Source of the DNA: Camelus ferus
Taxonomy: Eukaryota
Assembly (NCBI RefSeq): GCF_009834535.1
Contig: NC_045696.1
Span: 18,726,001 to 18,790,000, forward strand
DNA length: 64,000 bases
Direction: 5' to 3'
This document shows, piece after piece, positions 26,345 to 38,420 of this stretch. Each line of letters starts with the position of its first letter. Position 1 is the stretch's first letter. A model generated the notes under the pieces. It ran no database searches, was not told the origin of the DNA, and worked only from the letters and a program-made list of their open reading frames with translations. The translations under genes and the position numbers were made by a program.

Positions 26345-29300
26345 AAAACTAGTATCTTTTCATAATTTAGGATAAATTGTCTATTATTGTAATATTAGTA
26401 TGTTTGCATGATCTTTGAACATCTAATGTTATAAACTTTATTTTCATGAAGTATATAACTTACCTAAAATTTAAGGCTGGAGGTGCTCAAGTTTAGGGCT
26501 ACAAAAGATGGAGAATGAAAGCAAGAAGGAATTCCTGAAACTTCTCTAAATCCAACAGTCCCGCATAAAGCAGGAGTCGAGACGGCAATCTATAGATCTA
26601 TGACAGTGACTGGGCACAAGTCCAGGGCTCTGACTTATAAATCTAAGTCTTCCCTGAACTACAGGGAAGTTGCCCTGCAGCGTGAACCCTGAAACACCCA
26701 TCAGCATGACATTTCTGTATGTGCTTCTCCCAGTCATGAGCTACAGAAAGAATATGTAATAGGAATGTAGATGTCTGTAGGTGGGTAGGACTGAATTGCA
26801 CATTAATAAGTGAAAAAAAAATCACTGATCTTCCCTCTGAGCTGTACAGATGCTACCATTTCTTGCCAAATCATGAGGATTTAATTTTCTTCAGTAACAA
26901 ATCAGCGATTGGAAGCAACAGTATTGAGAAAATTAGACAAAGCTCATGGGATTTCCATTAATTCATTTCCAACTCAAAGTTCTGTTTATGCACTTATCAC
27001 AGTCTTCAAACTCCTCTGACACAATTGCTGTTTCACTTCTCACTCGAAAGTTTTCCTCCATCTTTTGGCAGTGAATGTAGGTACCCCCTCAAACTCACAT
27101 TCAAAATTAATATAATTATTTTAGACGTAAAGGATACTGACCCTGAGACTTTAAATCTTCGTCTTTCTTAGGTTCCTTGGGTTCCCTTACCTGAAATAGC
27201 CAGCTGATGTCTTTTATCTAGAACAACAGGTTGTACTATGTGTTGCCGTCATCTGTGGTGGGATTTAAAAGTTAAAAGTCATGCAAGCCTTCCCAGAGTG
27301 TCCTTTGGGAAGTGTTCAAAGATGAGGGAATTATAAATTATACTTGAATTTGACCTATCCTGTCTCCTGGATTTCCTGACTCCATCGTCTCACTTTACTA
27401 CAGGTCTGCAACAGCCCTTACGTGTTGCTAGAATTGGTCATGTTTCCAAATCTATGACCAGGGTGCCTTGCATTTCTGTGATTCTAGCTTTCTTTAATCC
27501 AACATGTCTGCCACAGGGGATACCTTTGGCTATCTCATTCCTAAACTTGCTTTATGCCTTTTCCCTCAGTGCCTCTCTTTGTGCCTTAAGAGAAATGTGA
27601 CTAACATTTGCTCAAGTTTCCTTGGGGAGTCTTGGGGACTATACCTCCCAGACGTGCTCAGTTAGCCTCCCAAGTGTAACAGTCCCTCCTGTAGAACATT
27701 TTCCAGGTATGTTCCAGGTGTGCCATTCTCGTACCAGTCGGCACCTCAGCCTCACACCCTCATGACCCTCAGACTCACGTAATTAAAAATATTTTTCATT
27801 TGTTTCCTCCTATAATGGTTTCGTCTTGTAGACTTCTTATATTTTGTCTTTAATGTGTTTTAAAATTATCATCTTAGTCAAAATTTGAACTTCCTAGGTT
27901 TAGAATTTGTATACTAGGCTTTGTAGGCTTAAATACTCAAAATTCCAAGACGATGTGCCATTTTTAGTAAATGTTCCTCATTTTCTTTACTATTTCCCAT
28001 TTCGCATTGTTCTCCATGGCAAAGAAAGAAAGAACCACGAAGAAACAGAGGGAGGAAGAGAAGAAGGGAGGGTGGAAAGAGGGAGGAAGGGTGGAAGCCA
28101 TTGAAGCACGAAGATGTCCATGCTGTTTATCAGTTGTCGATCCCTTTGATGGTTGTGACAAACATGAGCTAGTGGGCTCTGACAGCAGTAGTTTTAAAAG
28201 ACTTGAGGAAATAATAGGTTGGCGGAGTTGTAGGGGGCCATGTGCTTCCAATTTATATGTTTTAGATAGCTTGAAAAGATAACATTTTATTATGTAATTT
28301 CTACCATCGCCACAATACAGCTTTATCTGACCCTTACAATATATGGATTTCAAAATACAAAAATAAAAATAAGCACTACTTAGGACAGACTGACTATACA
28401 ATTTTCTCCAGTCTTAATATCAAAATTAGCTCATTTTTATTACAGGAAATCAATCGCTCCGAGACTTTGAAAAGCATAAAACAAAAGTAAATCAGTGTCT
28501 GCACATAGAAATGACTTCAGTTGGAAGATAACGTAGCCTCTCTAAAGTGCATGCTGAGCAATTACCCATTAATTTGATGAATGTAGACAGTAATTCGGGA
28601 TGATTTAAGCTTCAAAGTTCTATTTTTCTCTCAGATGCATAGGGTTTGTTTTACTTTAATTATTTGGGTCACTGCCTTAATTCCCCCATTTAGCGGTACT
28701 TGTAAAAAAAGACCTTCCCATTTTGAAAATGTGGCCTTTTTAATGAAGTTCTTTCTACTACTGACTTTAACCTTTAAGTGCCCCATGTTATAGCCCTTAT
28801 GTAAATAGCCACCTTAATAATGACATTTGGCACAACTCCGGAAAGAAGAGTAGCAGGAAATTAGGGAACTAAGTTTTTGTTCCTTCAGTTTTAAATAGAC
28901 ATTGTACTGTATCATCGTTTCTCTTGGAACTGAAAAAATTATTTTTGGATGTTTTTCTTGTATTCTCTCTTTCTCTTTCTCTCTTTCAACCCCCTTCCTT
29001 CCTTTCCTCCCTCCTGTTCTGTTTTAGAATGCAGTTTTGAAACAGCTCAATTATACACAATTTTTGACTTTTATTTGCACATGTCTTAGTATTATTTCCT
29101 GAGCAATGTTTTAGTAATTATATATATGAGTTCATAAACTGGTGTTGTTGGACATGTAAATTTATTTCTTTAAAATAAATTTAAAATATGATGTTGAATT
29201 TTTGCTAGTGTTGTAAACTAGGGCACCTGCACGTATGCATTTTTCAAAATTGAGGAAAAAAAAAAGTAAATGGAGCTCAGTAATTTAATAAATGTGAGTT

Positions 29301-30567
29301 TTGAGGTCAAGTTAGTATTCACCTAAAAAGAAAATTTTGCTTCATCTTATGTTCTGTTTTAGAGTGGCATACTTAGGTACCACTGTTCTTTAATCATATT
29401 CAGTTTAAAATTTTTGTCTTAGAAAATTCTTACTGCTCTCTTTTTTTGCTTTTTTGATTGATAGGTGTTCATGTCTTGAATAGAAAAACAATGAATTAAT
29501 TTTTACATTTAATTTTCATATAATTACCAAATAATTAGGTTGTCAAAGTTACTAAGCTAAATTTTACTTTTAATGTAGTTAAATTTGGATTCTCCATCTT
29601 TGTTGTGAGATGGAACAGCAGGATAATTTAAAGTCAGTCAGAAAGATTTTGCAATATTTTAGGGTGATATTTATGTGTGAACGTCCAAGTTGATCACTTT
29701 GGTGTATTTTTATGAGAGACTCAGGAATCTTCTGGGAAGAAATTTACTCTAAGCAAAATAGAAACAAAGAAAGCTACATTTGATACAGTTACACAAATTA
29801 TGCATCCTCAAATAGTTGGATTTATCTTCAAATATCTTTTCCTCTTGTCTATTCATCCATTATTCTATGGCGAAATCCTAGATCTTGTCTTTACCAGTAA
29901 TAACACCTTCTATAGTGTTCAAGTGTTCCACACTCCAGGTTGCACCCGTGACTCTCCAGTATGCTCGTCCTGTAGTGTTTCAATTTCAGAGGTTTTTGGA
30001 TAAAGGTGGGACCACATTTAAACACACAGAAGTACCAAAATTCTCAGCTGTCTTCCTCCCCTCTTGACTGAATGATGAACCATCTATTGTCCTGTGTAAG
30101 GACATATGCTCTTGTGTACTGGATTCAGTGTATATTTGATTATTTAATCTTATTCCATATGTGATTGTTCCTTTGTACTTTTTCATAATTGACTGTTCCA
30201 TCTTTACTGAATCAGTCCTGTCAGTGTACTACCCAGTACCTAAAAGAGGAAAGAGCAAATCCTTCCAATGATCCTTTGTCTCCTTCAAACAGTGACTTAC
30301 TTCTCTGCTTATTTTTACAGCTATAATATTTATTCTTTTTTGAATACACACTAAACAGATTTTTGTGGCCACCATTCCTTTCAAGCATTCACCTCTAAAT
30401 GTTGAATGTAATTATCATTTTTTCAGAACTCATCTGACTTAACCTATTAGCAATATTTGTTGCAATTTTTTCTCCCAATTAAGGGAACACAACCATTTAT
30501 AACAACATGTCTTTGTCCAAAGCCCCCTTGTGGAACAAAATATTCCTGTCCAATTACCCCTTCATTA

Positions 30568-30992
30568 TGTCACGAGATATATTTAGCTAATTTCCTTTCC
30601 AAGTCGTCTTCTGGCATGAGATAGACCAGTCTAATTGTGTTCTATGGCACAAAACAACTCTGCTTGCCTGTATTAAAAGGAAGCTTGAATTTCCATCTTA
30701 TTCAGACTAGCCATACCAAGTCCTAAAAGTCTATGATGGATTTACCCCTGATCTCATAAGGAACCTTTGGTAGGAGTCATAGGAAAAGATTTTTGATGTA
30801 AGAATCAACACCTGCTTGTATCAGGTGATAGAAGTTAAGAAAGATGGCTAGAAGCAGACAGCATGGATTCTCTAGCACTCAGATTCTCTATGACCATGGG
30901 TTTCCACTTGCTTCTGAATAGAACTTTCCTATAAACATATAAGGAATATTGAAGATTCTAATGCAAGGTCTCAAATAACCCTATTTCTGACA
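30568..30992 (+). mobile_element. Ancient solo LTR (family uncertain, LTR78-like)
   Basis: tgtca...tgaca inverted termini, 425 bp long, flanked by catta / cgtta as a 5-bp TSD with one mismatch. Confidence 0.65.
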
Positions 30993-31880
30993 CGTTAGTG
31001 GCATTCCACATATTATCCATGATATCCAGGAACACGGCTAATTATGGCAGATGGCACAAAAGTATTAGTTATCATGAAACAAAGCTATTTTGAAGTTACA
31101 TAACCAAGCAGAGAAATAGTGTAAAATCCTTGCATATGATGCTACGGTTATAAAAATAGATTAAAATCAGAAAAGTGTTATGTGTTTTATGAAGATCATT
31201 TTGTCAGTTAATCAGGTAGATAAATTGAAAGATCTAAGACTAATTATGAGAAAACAGCAATCAGCCAGAGAAATCCAGCTAAGAAATAATGAAGATTTGA
31301 ACCCCTGTACCACAGTGGTGTTTTAGGGGGGGTAATTGATAATAAAGAAGGAAAATTATCAGGATTTTGTGATTCGGGGAAAGATGAGACATTGGACAAA
31401 AAAGGAAGAAAGTGACTACAATAAGTAATACTAGCAGTTTTTGGAAATTTGGTGACCTGAGTAATCATTATCTGACATAGAGTTTATAAGAGGTAAAGAA
31501 TGTTTTCCCATTGATATATTACCAAGGATGATTTTAACTTAGATTGCAAAAATCAACTTGAAAATTTAATTGCTGCTCATAATTTGAATTGCAGTGGAGG
31601 CAAATGGAAATTGGTAATATATATGGTCTGAAAAACATTTTACCTATTACAACTAATTTTTTTCTTATTGTTCTAACCACATGAATGAACAGCTTAATGT
31701 ACCAAAAAAAGAAAAACACAATATTGAAAGAAACATCATCTGGCCCATGATTCTAATAAAAATTGGATAGTTGTTTTGTCTATAGCTTTTAAATTAAAAA
31801 TCTAATATATTTTCATCTACATTTAAGTGCGATTCCTAGGTAAAATTGCCCATAGTGATGTAACAGCTGATTTTGGGCAT

Positions 31881-31901
31881 ACACACACACACACACACAC
31901 A
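31881..31901. repeat. (AC)10 microsatellite
   Basis: Directly visible. Confidence 0.97.
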
Positions 31902-31993
31902 AACTTAAACATTTCAGAAAGTATTTAGCCTTACATCTGGAAATTGCTTATGGAAGATATAAGTCAGGCCTCTGTCATATAGATGGAAACGAC

Positions 31994-32517
31994 TGTGAAA
32001 AACAAATTATCTAAATTCAATCTTACAATCATAGGAAAAGACTGAAACTAACATTCTCATTTTGTGAGATCTGGGCAACACTAGGTTACCTTGATTTTGT
32101 TAGTACATAATAACAATTAGTATCTTTATTCATGAGTTAGCTCCTACTTCTCTCAGCTGGCCACAGGGCCTCTTTAAAGCTATATAATCATTTAAGAAAT
32201 GAAAATAATTAGGCAAATTCAATTTAATTACTCTTGGACATATGCCTTCTACAAGAATCAGAATTAAAAATAAAACACCTTGAGGTGATAGCAGAGCCCA
32301 ACAGGAAGAAAAAAGACTCCTCTTCTTTCCTGGCAAGAACTCAGCCAATAAAATGCCATGTTTGTTTCCTATACCCACACCCACTTCCTTTCTCCTCTAA
32401 AAGAGTTCTCCTTCCCTGCTGAGCTGGGACTGCTGTGTGGTTTGCCGTGTTGGCTGACCTCAAATTAATCCATCTTTGCTGGAGAATTTCTGACTGTTTT
32501 TTTTTTTAAGATCAATG
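31994..32517 (+). mobile_element. ERV1-class solo LTR (MER34-like)
   Basis: Starts tgtgaaaaacaaa, has an internal ccaat, and its 3' end ctttgctggagaatttctgactg...taagatcaa resembles MER34-group termini. Confidence 0.65.
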
Positions 32518-32544
32518 GGTTTTTAATACTGCTATTATAACTAG

Positions 32545-32715
32545 CATATTGAAAACTGTCTAAAGGCTAAGTGTTCTAAGTAGTTTATGTTTATTATATG
32601 ATGATTCCCAGAATATCTTTAGGAGGCAATTTTTTTGAATGTGGAATGGAAGGAAGATGTAATTGACTTCAAGGACTGTAACTAGCCATTGGGGAGCTAG
32701 ATTTCAAACCCAATG
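32545..32715 (-). mobile_element. MIR SINE (degenerate)
   Basis: aggctaagtgttctaagt...gggagctagatttcaaaccca. Confidence 0.55.
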
Positions 32716-32954
32716 ATAATATACTTATTTTCTTTATTTGGGATATTTCTAATATTTTATTGATAGAAAATATTTCTGATTTTGGTGTTGTGACACTTGA
32801 TATTAATGATTTTAAAATTTACTTCCAAAATAGGCCTCAAAGATTTTATATGGCTGTTTAATTGTTCCTTCAAACAATTAAAATAAATGGGAATCCTGCC
32901 TCTTGCGATATGGCTGACATAGTGTTGATATCCTACAAGTTTTGTTTCATCTAC

Positions 32955-33297
32955 TATAATGATGCCCAGGCCCATTCCCAGAAATTCTGATTCAGTTTGT
33001 TTGGAGTGAGGCTTATGCACTGGTCTGTGTGTGTATGAGGGGCCGAGGCGGGGCTGGGTGTTAGGTGATAAATGGTACAGGTATTGTTTTTAAATCCAGA
33101 AAGTTATTTATATACTTATTAATATATATGTTATATATACATATTAAATTATATATAATATATATACATAAACTATATGTAATATACAGTGTATACAGTT
33201 GATAATATAGTTTAGTTATATAGTTATAACTATAAATATATAGTTAAGTAGTTAAATATCTAGATATTAATTCAGCCAGGATTGGGAATCACTGATT
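32955..33297. mobile_element. MER5A-like hAT MITE interrupted by a TA-rich low-complexity tract
   Basis: gatgcccaggcccattcccagaaattctgattcagtttg on the left and cagccaggattgggaatcactg on the right of a TA-rich tract at about 33105-33260. Confidence 0.7.
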
Positions 33298-33829
33298 TGT
33301 AGGTTTATTTGAATATTTATTACACTGTTTACATTCTGGCAACAGGATAATGGCAATAAATAAGTAAGAGATAACATATCTGAGAGTGACATTGGTGATT
33401 TGTATATTAAAAACATGTATATTTATAAGAAACTCTCATATGTCTTCCCAAAGTGGTTATATATTCTTAAAATTCAACCAGCAATTTGTGAGAAAAAAAT
33501 ATTCCATATATGTGCCAAAAATAGGTACCCTCAGTCTTTCAGATACTATATGCGTGTTGAGTGTAGTGGAATCTTTTTGAACTTTAACTGACGTTTTTCT
33601 TAAAATGAAATTAATGAGGATACTTTTACATGCTTATATTTCTACATATTTAGTGAAATGTGTTTTCAAAATATTTGCCTGTATTTCAAGTTCTTTGTCT
33701 ACTTATTACTGAGCCATTGTGTTTTTGTGTATTTTTGATACAAATGATTTGTCCCATATGTACTTCAGTTACTCTCTCCACAGTAAAGGACATTATGTTT
33801 ATTGTCTAGTGTAATGTATACAGTACATC

Positions 33830-35492
33830 CCTCAAGAGCAAAGGACTGGCGTTTTTCGGGCCCATTAGTAAAGATTCAGATTCCCTAAGTTCAGTGTTCC
33901 TGGGCAGCTACTTAGAACGTATTTAAATCTCTCCATCAACCTTCTCTTCTGGCCTCAGTGATTTCCAACAAAAATTTGCCTGAAAAACAAACATACTCCA
34001 GTCTTAGGTTTTAGAAGATTCCAGTACTAGTTGAAGAGGTCTGTCCTACATTATAACCCCATACTTATGTCATTATGTAAGAAAACTGGGGTGGGGGGGG
34101 AATTCTCCCAGTGATAAGAATGTCAGAAGTGGATCTTGCTGAGTACTTTCCTTGGTGTAGAATGTGAGCAGAGACAAAATACACATTGATTTGTACACAG
34201 TGGGTAATGGTTGGGTGTATGATATGGACTTGTTGACTCGTAGATCTGTAACAGGTTTATATTGATAGTAGAATTGAAATTTCAAGAGTATTTTATGTCC
34301 TACTTGAATAAACACCAAAGTTAACCACCACAGAGGAGCATCTTGATAATCAGGAGGACCATACATCCAGTTGTTTGTATGATTGTCAGCTTCCTTCCCC
34401 GGCCGTACCTTACTTGTTTATTGTCATAACTAGCCATGACATATTTCTGAGTACCACATCTGGCATGATAGGATACCAATACTGAACTACCAATTTGCTA
34501 TTTTTCCAAGAAAGAACAATCTGGCTACCTGGTAGCAAACTGGTTACACTGATTTTTTTTTCCCCAAAATTGACAGAGCAGCAATTTTTTTTTCTTTATT
34601 AGATAAGTGAATTAATCTTAATATTGATTTTCTTCCTTACTACTGAAGCTCCTGTCCACATTGTCACATGTGGATTTAGTGATTATCGTATTCAGTGCCC
34701 TGCTACCTCACACAACACTGCTTTTGACAAGTCAATAATTGTACAGCAAGGGAGGTAATGAGTAATCCCTCAAGGAAGTTTGTGGTCTTACCTATTAATT
34801 AGTAAGAGTTGTAACAGAATATTAAAGTATCAGTCACAATGCCAGCCAGGTATTAATAGCTTACACGTTTAGGCACTCATCCAGGAAGTATATAGAGCAC
34901 TTGGAATCTGCAATGAAAATACAGTACTTTATTCAAAGCCAGAACTCGGAACAAGAGAAGCAAGGCAGAATGCTATCTCAATACGACCCCTAATTATACT
35001 CTCAATTATCCTTAAATCTCCTGTCTCCAGGTTTACCCTCTTGTGATTTAGAGGTATTGTTTCTCCAGGGTAGTCGTGTTTCTACCATGGAACACAGTTA
35101 TTGTCCTACTTAACTAGAGATTGATGCCATCTCCTTTCATTTTGATCTCTGCATGCCATCTGGCCATTTCAGGTTCTGAAACATACACCATTGAAACATA
35201 ACTGGTAACCATGGTGATTGATCTTCATTATGATGATGGAGAAGAGATGACACTGCTCTGGGGTAAGGGAGTGTATGTTTGGAAGACAGAAGATTCTCAA
35301 GGGCACCCAGAGTTGGCTCCAGTGATGGGTGGATTTTGTCTCTTCCCTTTTGAGGAAAAGGGTGACCATCTGTTTACTTGTGCAGTGATACTTGCACCAT
35401 ACAAAGTGTAGACGCGTTTTTGGTTATTATTGTTTCTGTACTTTCATATCTAAGAGGGTGTATTTGAAACCTGAATATCCAAAGGAACAGAT
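33830..35492 (+). mobile_element. ERVL internal remnant (degenerate pol RNase H-integrase, then dUTPase)
   Basis: Collinear similarity to the recalled ERVL consensus: ggaattctcccagtg...cagtgggtaatggttgg (RNase H), gctacctggtagcaaactggttacactga and cacacaacactgcttttgacaag (integrase WQVDY/HSIASDQ), tttagaggtattgtttctccagggt (dUTPase). No intact ORF. Confidence 0.8.
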
Positions 35493-35952
35493 TGTGTGGA
35501 ATATTTTCTTTTTGTATCAAAATCTACCATTGCCCCTCTAGTATCTTGCTGTTTAGCAAGGACTGGAAACGTAGTGGCTACATTTCCCAGACTCCCTTGA
35601 CTGCAGGATTCCAAATTGTAAACACACATGTGAGGTTTGAAATTGGAAGAAAACCACAGTTACTCTTCTGCACCTGCAGAAATGGATCAGTTCTTGGGTA
35701 GGTGAAAGAAATGTTTGCAGTGGCTTCTAGGACATCTGCAATGAGTCACCTTATGTGATGCAGGCAGCTGGACCACTGGAGGTAGCTTCTCATGACTTCT
35801 GTACTACCAGATTTCCTCCTATTGGTCTTCATGATATCTGTTCCCCATCCCTTTGCAATGGTTTTGAAAGCAACACATTTCTTCTACAAATCCCATTTTA
35901 ATAAAATACCTGCAGTGTTTTCTGTTCTCATAACAAAGCCCTGATGTACACA
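35493..35952 (+). mobile_element. ERVL 3' LTR (LTR33-like)
   Basis: TG start after a PPT-like ccaaaggaacagat. Contains ctacatttcccagactcccttg and aataaa, and ends tctgttctc...ccctgatgtaca. Confidence 0.75.
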
Positions 35953-36162
35953 TCAATCATCAATTTTAGGGAATTAATATTTGCCTTTTGATTTATGCCT
36001 CAGTTCTTTTTAGATTGCTTAGCAGACACAAATACTCTTAATTCTGATGATCTCAAAGCTATAATTTAAGTTAAAATAAAAATATAAACAACAAATAAAA
36101 GCCTAACCTTCAACATTTGCTGAGTGGCATGCTGAGTTCTATGCACAAAAATTTCTATATAT

Positions 36163-36345
36163 CACTGATTTTCAAACTCTTGAGTAGATTAGAATCACCT
36201 GGAAGACTAAATAAAACAGATTTCTGGGCCTCACTCTCAGATTCAATATCCATAGGTTTGGGGTGGGCTATAAGAATTTGGATTTATCACAAGCCCCAAG
36301 TAATGTTCATGCTATTGATTCATGGACCATATTTGGGAACCACTG
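36163..36345. mobile_element. MER5A hAT MITE, near full length
   Basis: cactgattttcaaact...ttagaatcacctggaag...ggtttggggtggg...tttgggaaccactg, with degenerate TIRs. Confidence 0.85.
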
Positions 36346-36672
36346 CCCTCTTTTTATTTTAATACTTCACTGATTTCTCCTCCTTTGCAAATAAGTAATA
36401 TATCACTTTAAAATTTTCAGCAGGCTTTATATTATATTTTTTCTTTTCTAATTTAGATTTACTATTTGTCACTAATTTCTCAAGGTCTACTCAGCTAGCT
36501 TATTTGCCCAAACCTCATGGTCTCTGATAAATCTCTTCATTATCAACCAGTTATTTTTATAAAACAATCTTGTAGGCATTCGAAAATATGAAACTTTCAT
36601 GTTAATATGAATTTTAAAATGATTCATGATGAAAAAAATCTAAGCGTAAGAGAAGAAAATTAAAAACTCAGT

Positions 36673-36729
36673 ACACTGGAATTTGATACAACCTTGTAAA
36701 ATGATTATAAATCAATAAAAATGTTAAGA
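36673..36729 (+). mobile_element. Ultra-short young camelid L1 3' end with TSD
   Basis: acactggaatttgatacaaccttgtaaaatgattataaatcaataaaaatgttaa, flanked by aaaaactcagt at 36662-36672 and 36730-36740. It matches the reverse complement of 55191-55245. Confidence 0.92.
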
Positions 36730-37061
36730 AAAAACTCAGTTTGGAAACCATGTGCGTGTCAGTTTTCAAATCTGGCTCTAATATTCTTTGACACTCTCCC
36801 TGTAAAGTCTGGAATTTGTGATTTTTCTTCAAAGATGTATTTTCTGGAAGCCTAATCAAATACTTAAAGCGGTCAATTCAGTACAACAGTCAGTAAAATT
36901 GATTAGGTGGTCCTTTGAGGAACTAATTAATCCTGTGAATGTACAGTCTGTCCTAGAGCAGTTCATAGTCCTTTAAGGAACTTCTCTAATTGATACTTGA
37001 ATTGATAGGTTTTATTTTGTTTCAATGTGGAACAAAATGAACTGATCAACTTTGTTGATCA

Positions 37062-37290
37062 GAGGCAATACGATATGGCGTTCAAAACATAATCTTTGAC
37101 ACTCCCATCCACCAGTTGCCCATTGGCCCATTATCACACACAGAGTAAAGTTAGTTAATGTATCTATTTCAGTTCTATTGTCTACATGATAATTATTTTA
37201 ATAATTAATAAGCATTAATCCGTATGCTATGATTCTATAAAGTGAGTAGATATGAAATGCTTAGAGGATTCAATAAACAGGAGTTGCTAG
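37062..37290 (+). mobile_element. MIR SINE (degenerate)
   Basis: gaggcaatacgatatgg...aagttagttaat...tcagttct...aaatgcttaga...tcaataaac. Confidence 0.5.
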
Positions 37291-37714
37291 ACAAAACCCA
37301 ACCTGATCTGCTAAGACTATAAATTTAAAATATCATCTGTATTGTATAGTTTATTTTCTGATTATAAGAAGGAAATACAGAAATGTAATAGTGGAGCCTG
37401 CATGCCGTATTAGCTTGTAAACATTTTATCTCAAATATATTATACCTTTTTTAATTACAGGATTTGTCAAATAAAATCATCACATGTTTCACATAAATTA
37501 AATATTTTCTGAATCTATTTAAAAAAATCAGACATCTGGGAAAATGGAGCCTGGATGCTGAGTTCACACCTGGCTGCATTCACCTGGAACTACTCCCTCC
37601 CTAAGAGGTCCTCAATTCTCCACTGCATCATTTGTGATCAGCATCATACATTTTCTTGAGTATCTCAGCTTTCTATGTATCTGCATTTTGGAAATGTGGT
37701 GAGAGAAGGTTAAA

Positions 37715-38090
37715 TGTTTTGGGCTAGGTTCTATAAAAGCAAAGTCTGAAGTGAGGATCCAAGTGTATACAATTTTCTGGGAGAGGATTTTTCAAGACAT
37801 GCGTACAAGGGAGGAGTTAGGCCGAATGGGAAAGCAGGAGACAGCTGAGCAAGGATTTAGTCTCAGATAAAGCCTAGCCTTGGCCTTACCCACAGAGGGA
37901 ACCCCCTGGAGCATCAGTTGCACCACAAGTTTATCCCTGCTAAAGGTCTGATCCAGCCCTTGTAACCACACATCAAGAGCCATTGACTGAGGGCTGCTGG
38001 TGGAGGTGGAACTTCCCTGGTGAGGCAGCTCCATTCAGCAGAGGACAGTTCTCCAATGAGGCACCTACGAGATTTAGCAGATGACAGGAT
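37715..38090 (-). mobile_element. LTR16-like ERVL LTR
   Basis: tgttttgggctaggttctataaaagcaaagtctgaagtgaggatccaagtg resembles the reverse-complement LTR16 3' end. Also contains gaggcagctcc...aggacagttctcc. Confidence 0.75.
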
Positions 38091-38159
38091 GAGAAAAAGT
38101 AAACTGCTGGGATTATGTTTTGTTTCCAGATTGCTTTATTGCAATCTTTTGTGGTGATG

Positions 38160-38420
38160 AAGTTTTGGTATAGTATTGAAGAGCACGAACAGAAGCAAAT
38201 GCCTGAATTAAAATTCAAACTCTAACACTTACTGGATTGTTTGGGGCAAGTTAATTAACCTTCTGCGTCATACATTTTTGAATCTGAAAAGACACAGTTG
38301 ACACTGGAATAATATCTTTATCATAGGGCACTTGTAAAGGTTAAATAAGATCATAAATGTTAAGAATTCCAAACTGTGTTTGATCTGAATTAAACAGTAC
38401 ATGAATGTAATCCATTATCA
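38160..38420 (+). mobile_element. MIR SINE
   Basis: cacttactggattgtttggggcaagttaattaaccttctg...tcatagggcacttgtaaaggttaaataaga. Confidence 0.8.

Noticed and set aside
37042..37062. Perfect hairpin ctgatcaac-ttt-gttgatcag
   Set aside because: A 9-bp stem is expected by chance in 64 kb and is too short for a pre-miRNA.
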